Assembly: GCA_019358915.1 (NCBI GenBank) | Contig: JAHHIM010000006.1 | Span: 1 to 64,000 of the forward strand | Direction: 5' to 3' | Length of the DNA: 64,000 bases | Source of the DNA: Trichormus sp. ATA11-4-KO1 | GTDB taxonomy: Bacteria; Cyanobacteriota; Cyanobacteriia; Cyanobacteriales; Nostocaceae | Part shown: positions 60,944 through 64,000 of the stretch, piece by piece | How the letters are laid out: every line of letters starts with the position of its first letter | How positions within the stretch are numbered: position 1 is the stretch's first letter | The notes under the pieces: generated by a model | The model's database searches: none | What the model saw: the letters and a program-made list of their open reading frames with translations, nothing else | What the model was told of the DNA's origin: nothing | Position numbers and translations under genes: made by a program

Positions 60944-61177
60944 TTAGTCATCTAAATCCGTGTCTGAGTCGTCATCGTCATGATCGTAAGGGATATCATC
61001 TAGATCGATCATTTCTGATATTTCTTCTACTTGACTTAAAAGCTGAGATTCTTGAGGTTCACGCTCTATGAGGCGACCATTTGATTTTAGCCATTCTAGT
61101 AAAATAAACTCATTACTTGTACGAATTACAGTGGCTCGTTGGTTACGAGGTGCTTCACTCAAAGGACCGTTAGGCAT
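60944..61177 (-). CDS. DUF3134-family small protein
   Basis: PRNQRATVI...LLEWLKSNGRLIER followed by an acidic tail. Confidence 0.72.
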   Translation of the reverse strand: MPNGPLSEAPRNQRATVIRTSNEFILLEWLKSNGRLIEREPQESQLLSQVEEISEMIDLDDIPYDHDDDDSDTDLDD

Positions 61178-61363
61178 ACAAAAACTCACTTTAAATTAGG
61201 AAAACTAGAGTTAGCTAAAAAGCTTGGGCGATCGCATAGCTGAAAGTAAATAGCATTAGGCTTTTGCCTAGTCAAGACTAGCTTTTAAGCAAGTCATACT
61301 ACAGCATTCATTTAATGGAACGCTTATCCGAATCACGTATCTTAGGATTTGCAATGATTTCTC

Positions 61364-61471
61364 AACTGGCATTTCCTAGTTACATTGGCTACAATGCCAG
61401 CATAATCACCCCCATCGGATATGATGGAGTAATGTATCTGAGCAGTAGAGGCAATTACGCCTACTCATCAT
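61364..61471 (-). pseudogene. Degenerate small zinc-ribbon protein gene with two in-frame stops
   Basis: Manual translation MMSRRNCLYCSDTLLHHIRWG*LCWHCSQCN*EMPV, with TGA at 61406-61408 and TAG at 61376-61378. Confidence 0.6.
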
Positions 61472-61817
61472 TGATTGCCTGAAGCTTAGGGCTGTATGCC
61501 GTTGGTTGTTATTTGTTGTCAGGTGAGTCCGCGCCTGGATCTGCTTCGTCAGTAGAAATTGCATGGGAAAACCCTGACAAGTGAATCATACCCTAAGTAT
61601 AAATCAGCTTGACAAAGAAATATTAATATTAATATAATTCCCATCTTTTCTTTATAAAGCTTTGTCGTGCAGCAATTCGTCTTGTTGCTCAAAGCTTAAT
61701 CACACAGGTTTTGTAACTTATACCAACAGTGCAGGAGAATTTGCCCAACTCCAGCTAAAATCAAAAAGAAATAAACTACTAATATCCATCCAAAGCGCTC
61801 TATAGTTAGCAAGCACT

Positions 61818-62940
61818 ATGGAAATTCTCGAACTCAAACGCGAAATCGAAACATTGTCCGGTCGTCTGGGTAAAGCCCAGGACTATCTTTGACGTACCTG
61901 CACTTACCGCCAAAATTCAAGACCTAGAACAAATTGCTGCACAGCCAGAATTATGGGAAGACCAAACCCAAGCCCAAAAAACCCTGCAAGAACTCAACGA
62001 CCTCAAAGCCCACCTCCAGCAATATGGTCAGTGGCGAGCCAATCTAGAAGATACTAAGGCAGTGGTTGAGCTATTGGAGTTAGAAACCGATGAGGCTCTA
62101 TTGCAAGAAGCGTCATCTACGGTTACCAAGCTCAATCGAGAACTTGACCAGTGGGAATTACAACAATTACTTTCTGGCCCCTATGACATGGAAGGAGCAG
62201 TGTTGACAATTAACGCTGGTGCTGGGGGTACGGATGCCCAAGACTGGGCTTTTATGCTGATGCGGATGTATACCCGTTGGGCAGAAGCTCACGGCTACAA
62301 GGTCAGTTTAGCCGAAGAATCAGAGGGTGATGAAGCTGGCATCAAATCGGCAACTCTGGAAATTACTGGCCGCTATGCCTATGGTTACCTGCGATCAGAA
62401 ACAGGCACACATCGCTTGGTGCGGATTTCACCTTTCAATGCTAATGGCAAGCGACAAACCAGTTTTGCGGGAGTGGAAGTGATGCCGCAGTTAGATAACT
62501 CTGTGCAACTAGACATTCCAGAAAAGGATTTGGAAGTCACCACATCCAGGGCTGGTGGTAAAGGTGGGCAGAATGTCAACAAAGTAGAAACAGCTGTCAG
62601 AATTGTGCATATTCCCACGGGTATTGCTGTACGTTGTACAGAAGAACGCTCTCAGCTGCAAAATAAAGAGAAAGCCCTCGCCCGTCTCAAAGCCAAACTA
62701 CTAGTTATCGCTAGAGAACAAAAAGCCCAAGAAATTGCGCAAATTCGCGGTGATATGGTGGAAGCTTCCTGGGGCAACCAAATCCGTAACTATGTGTTTC
62801 ACCCTTACCAAATGGTAAAAGATTTGCGGACAAACACAGAAACAACGGCGATCGCGGATGTGATGAACGGCGACCTCGATTCGTTTATCCAAGCCTATCT
62901 GCGGCAAGAAAACCAGCTAGTAGAAAGTACTCCCGTCTGA
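61818..62940 (+). CDS. prfB: Peptide chain release factor 2, via programmed +1 frameshift at CTT TGA C (61887-61893)
   Basis: Frame 0 reads [24 protein letters not shown]. The +1 frame DVPALTAKI... is continuous with the 62062 ORF carrying the SPF and GGQ motifs. Confidence 0.96.
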
Positions 62941-63091
62941 TAGAACATAGATAACAGGTAATGGGTATAGGCGTTTTGTTCAGTATCTATCCCCTTTACC
63001 TGTTTCCTCTCTGCAAAATGGGCAAAATGGCAATAGAAGCCTAGGTAAGCTGTTACATTGATAGATATAAAACATTTTGTGTCAAATTATT

Positions 63092-63247
63092 ATGAACAAC
63101 TCACCGGCAACGGAACCTAAACCAAGCTACGTCAAACTTGCCATGCGAAATATGGTGCGTAAGGGTGGTACTTCCATGAAACATTTTGCTCTGACAACTG
63201 TCGGGCTTTTAGCTGTTCTCGTGGGTCTAGCTTATTTAACTCGCTGA
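63092..63247 (+). CDS. DUF3285-family small membrane protein (51 aa; missing from the ORF track)
   Basis: MNNSPATEPKPSYVKLAMRNMVRKGGTSMKHFALTTVGLLAVLVGLAYLTR*; lies between prfB and ybeY. Confidence 0.85.
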   Translation: MNNSPATEPKPSYVKLAMRNMVRKGGTSMKHFALTTVGLLAVLVGLAYLTR

Positions 63248-63288
63248 CGACAAACCATAACCCAAAGCGTGAGGAGAGTTTTTAGCTG

Positions 63289-63816
63289 GTGCGAGTTGAA
63301 TTAGATGTACAGGATTTGTTTTACGAATTGTCCCCAACAGCAGCAACAAATTTTGGGGAAAATGATGTGCGAGTTGCTCCTGAAACTTGGGAAGACTGGT
63401 TCGGTCAATGGTTGGAAAATCTACAGCCTGGTCTGCCGCTAGCACCAAGTTATGAAATCGGGCTACGTTTGACAGACGACGCAGAAATTCAGTCACTAAA
63501 TGCTCAATATCGTCATCAAAATAAACCAACGGACGTTTTAGCCTTTGCAGCATTAGAGGTAAATTGTCCTCAAAGTCCGGAAATGGCAACTGCGCCTTTG
63601 TATCTAGGTGATATTGTTGTTTCGGTAAATACTGCTCAACATCAAGCTCAACAGCAGGGACATAGTTTACCAACTGAGCTGGCCTGGTTAGCCTCTCACG
63701 GATTACTGCATTTGTTGGGTTGGGATCATCCAAATGAAGAGGAATTGAGGAAAATGCTCAAGCAGCAAGTAAAATTACTGAAGACAATCGGTATTGATAT
63801 TGACATAGAATATTAA
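63289..63816 (+). CDS. ybeY: rRNA maturation RNase YbeY
   Basis: LNAQYR...PTDVLAF, LGDIVVS and HGLLHLLGWDH motifs. Confidence 0.95.
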   Translation: MRVELDVQDLFYELSPTAATNFGENDVRVAPETWEDWFGQWLENLQPGLPLAPSYEIGLRLTDDAEIQSLNAQYRHQNKPTDVLAFAALEVNCPQSPEMATAPLYLGDIVVSVNTAQHQAQQQGHSLPTELAWLASHGLLHLLGWDHPNEEELRKMLKQQVKLLKTIGIDIDIEY

Positions 63817-63937
63817 GGATTCTTTAGGTCTGTAAGTGTTTATAATACTTCTGTAGAAAATTGCGTCAAAAGCAGATTGCATCATTATAATTGGTGAAAT
63901 TCCTCTGTAATTACCCTATTGTTCTATTTTTAAGCTT

Positions 63938-64000
63938 ATGTCACAACAAGTTTCCCCTCCACCCACACCAAACTGCTTACCAACGCTGATAAATAAGGAA
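63938..64000 (+). CDS. 5' end of a CDS, probably diacylglycerol kinase family (partial)
   Basis: MSQQVSPPPTPNCLPTLINKE is open to the window edge. Product inferred only from the usual cyanobacterial ybeY-dgkA order. Confidence 0.5.
   Translation, partial: MSQQVSPPPTPNCLPTLINKE

Overview
Chromosomal window from a filamentous heterocyst-forming cyanobacterium (Nostoc/Anabaena-like). This assignment rests on abundant HIP1 octamers (GCGATCGC), short tandem repeats (STRR) and gene content. Most of the window is core genome: amidase, ribBA, argC, eno, gloA, clpB, htpG, rpmB, nusB, ftsY, a PP2C phosphatase, lysC, smc, mgtE, trhO, prfB with its programmed +1 frameshift, and ybeY. It also carries an hps (hormogonium polysaccharide / minor pilin) locus at 15.4-28.7 kb, a bidomain sucrose-phosphate synthase, a TIGR04283 glycosyltransferase-DedA-DedA-flavoprotein disulfide reductase cluster, and a free-standing tRNA-Ala(UGC). 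There is no CRISPR array, prophage or intact transposon. The less ordinary signals are small. A ~42-nt structured element occurs four times, twice in frame inside conserved genes (ribBA, smc). A 21-nt insertion splits a HIP1 site in a Uma2 gene. There are IS1380 and IS4 remnants, a MITE-like element inside the hps locus, a 36-bp duplication of a gene 3' end, and an unannotated zinc-ribbon pseudogene. An rRNA-spacer-type tRNA-Ala sits head-to-head with trhO, the U34 hydroxylase expected to modify it. I found no clearly new multi-gene system. All family assignments come from motif recognition, not database searches.
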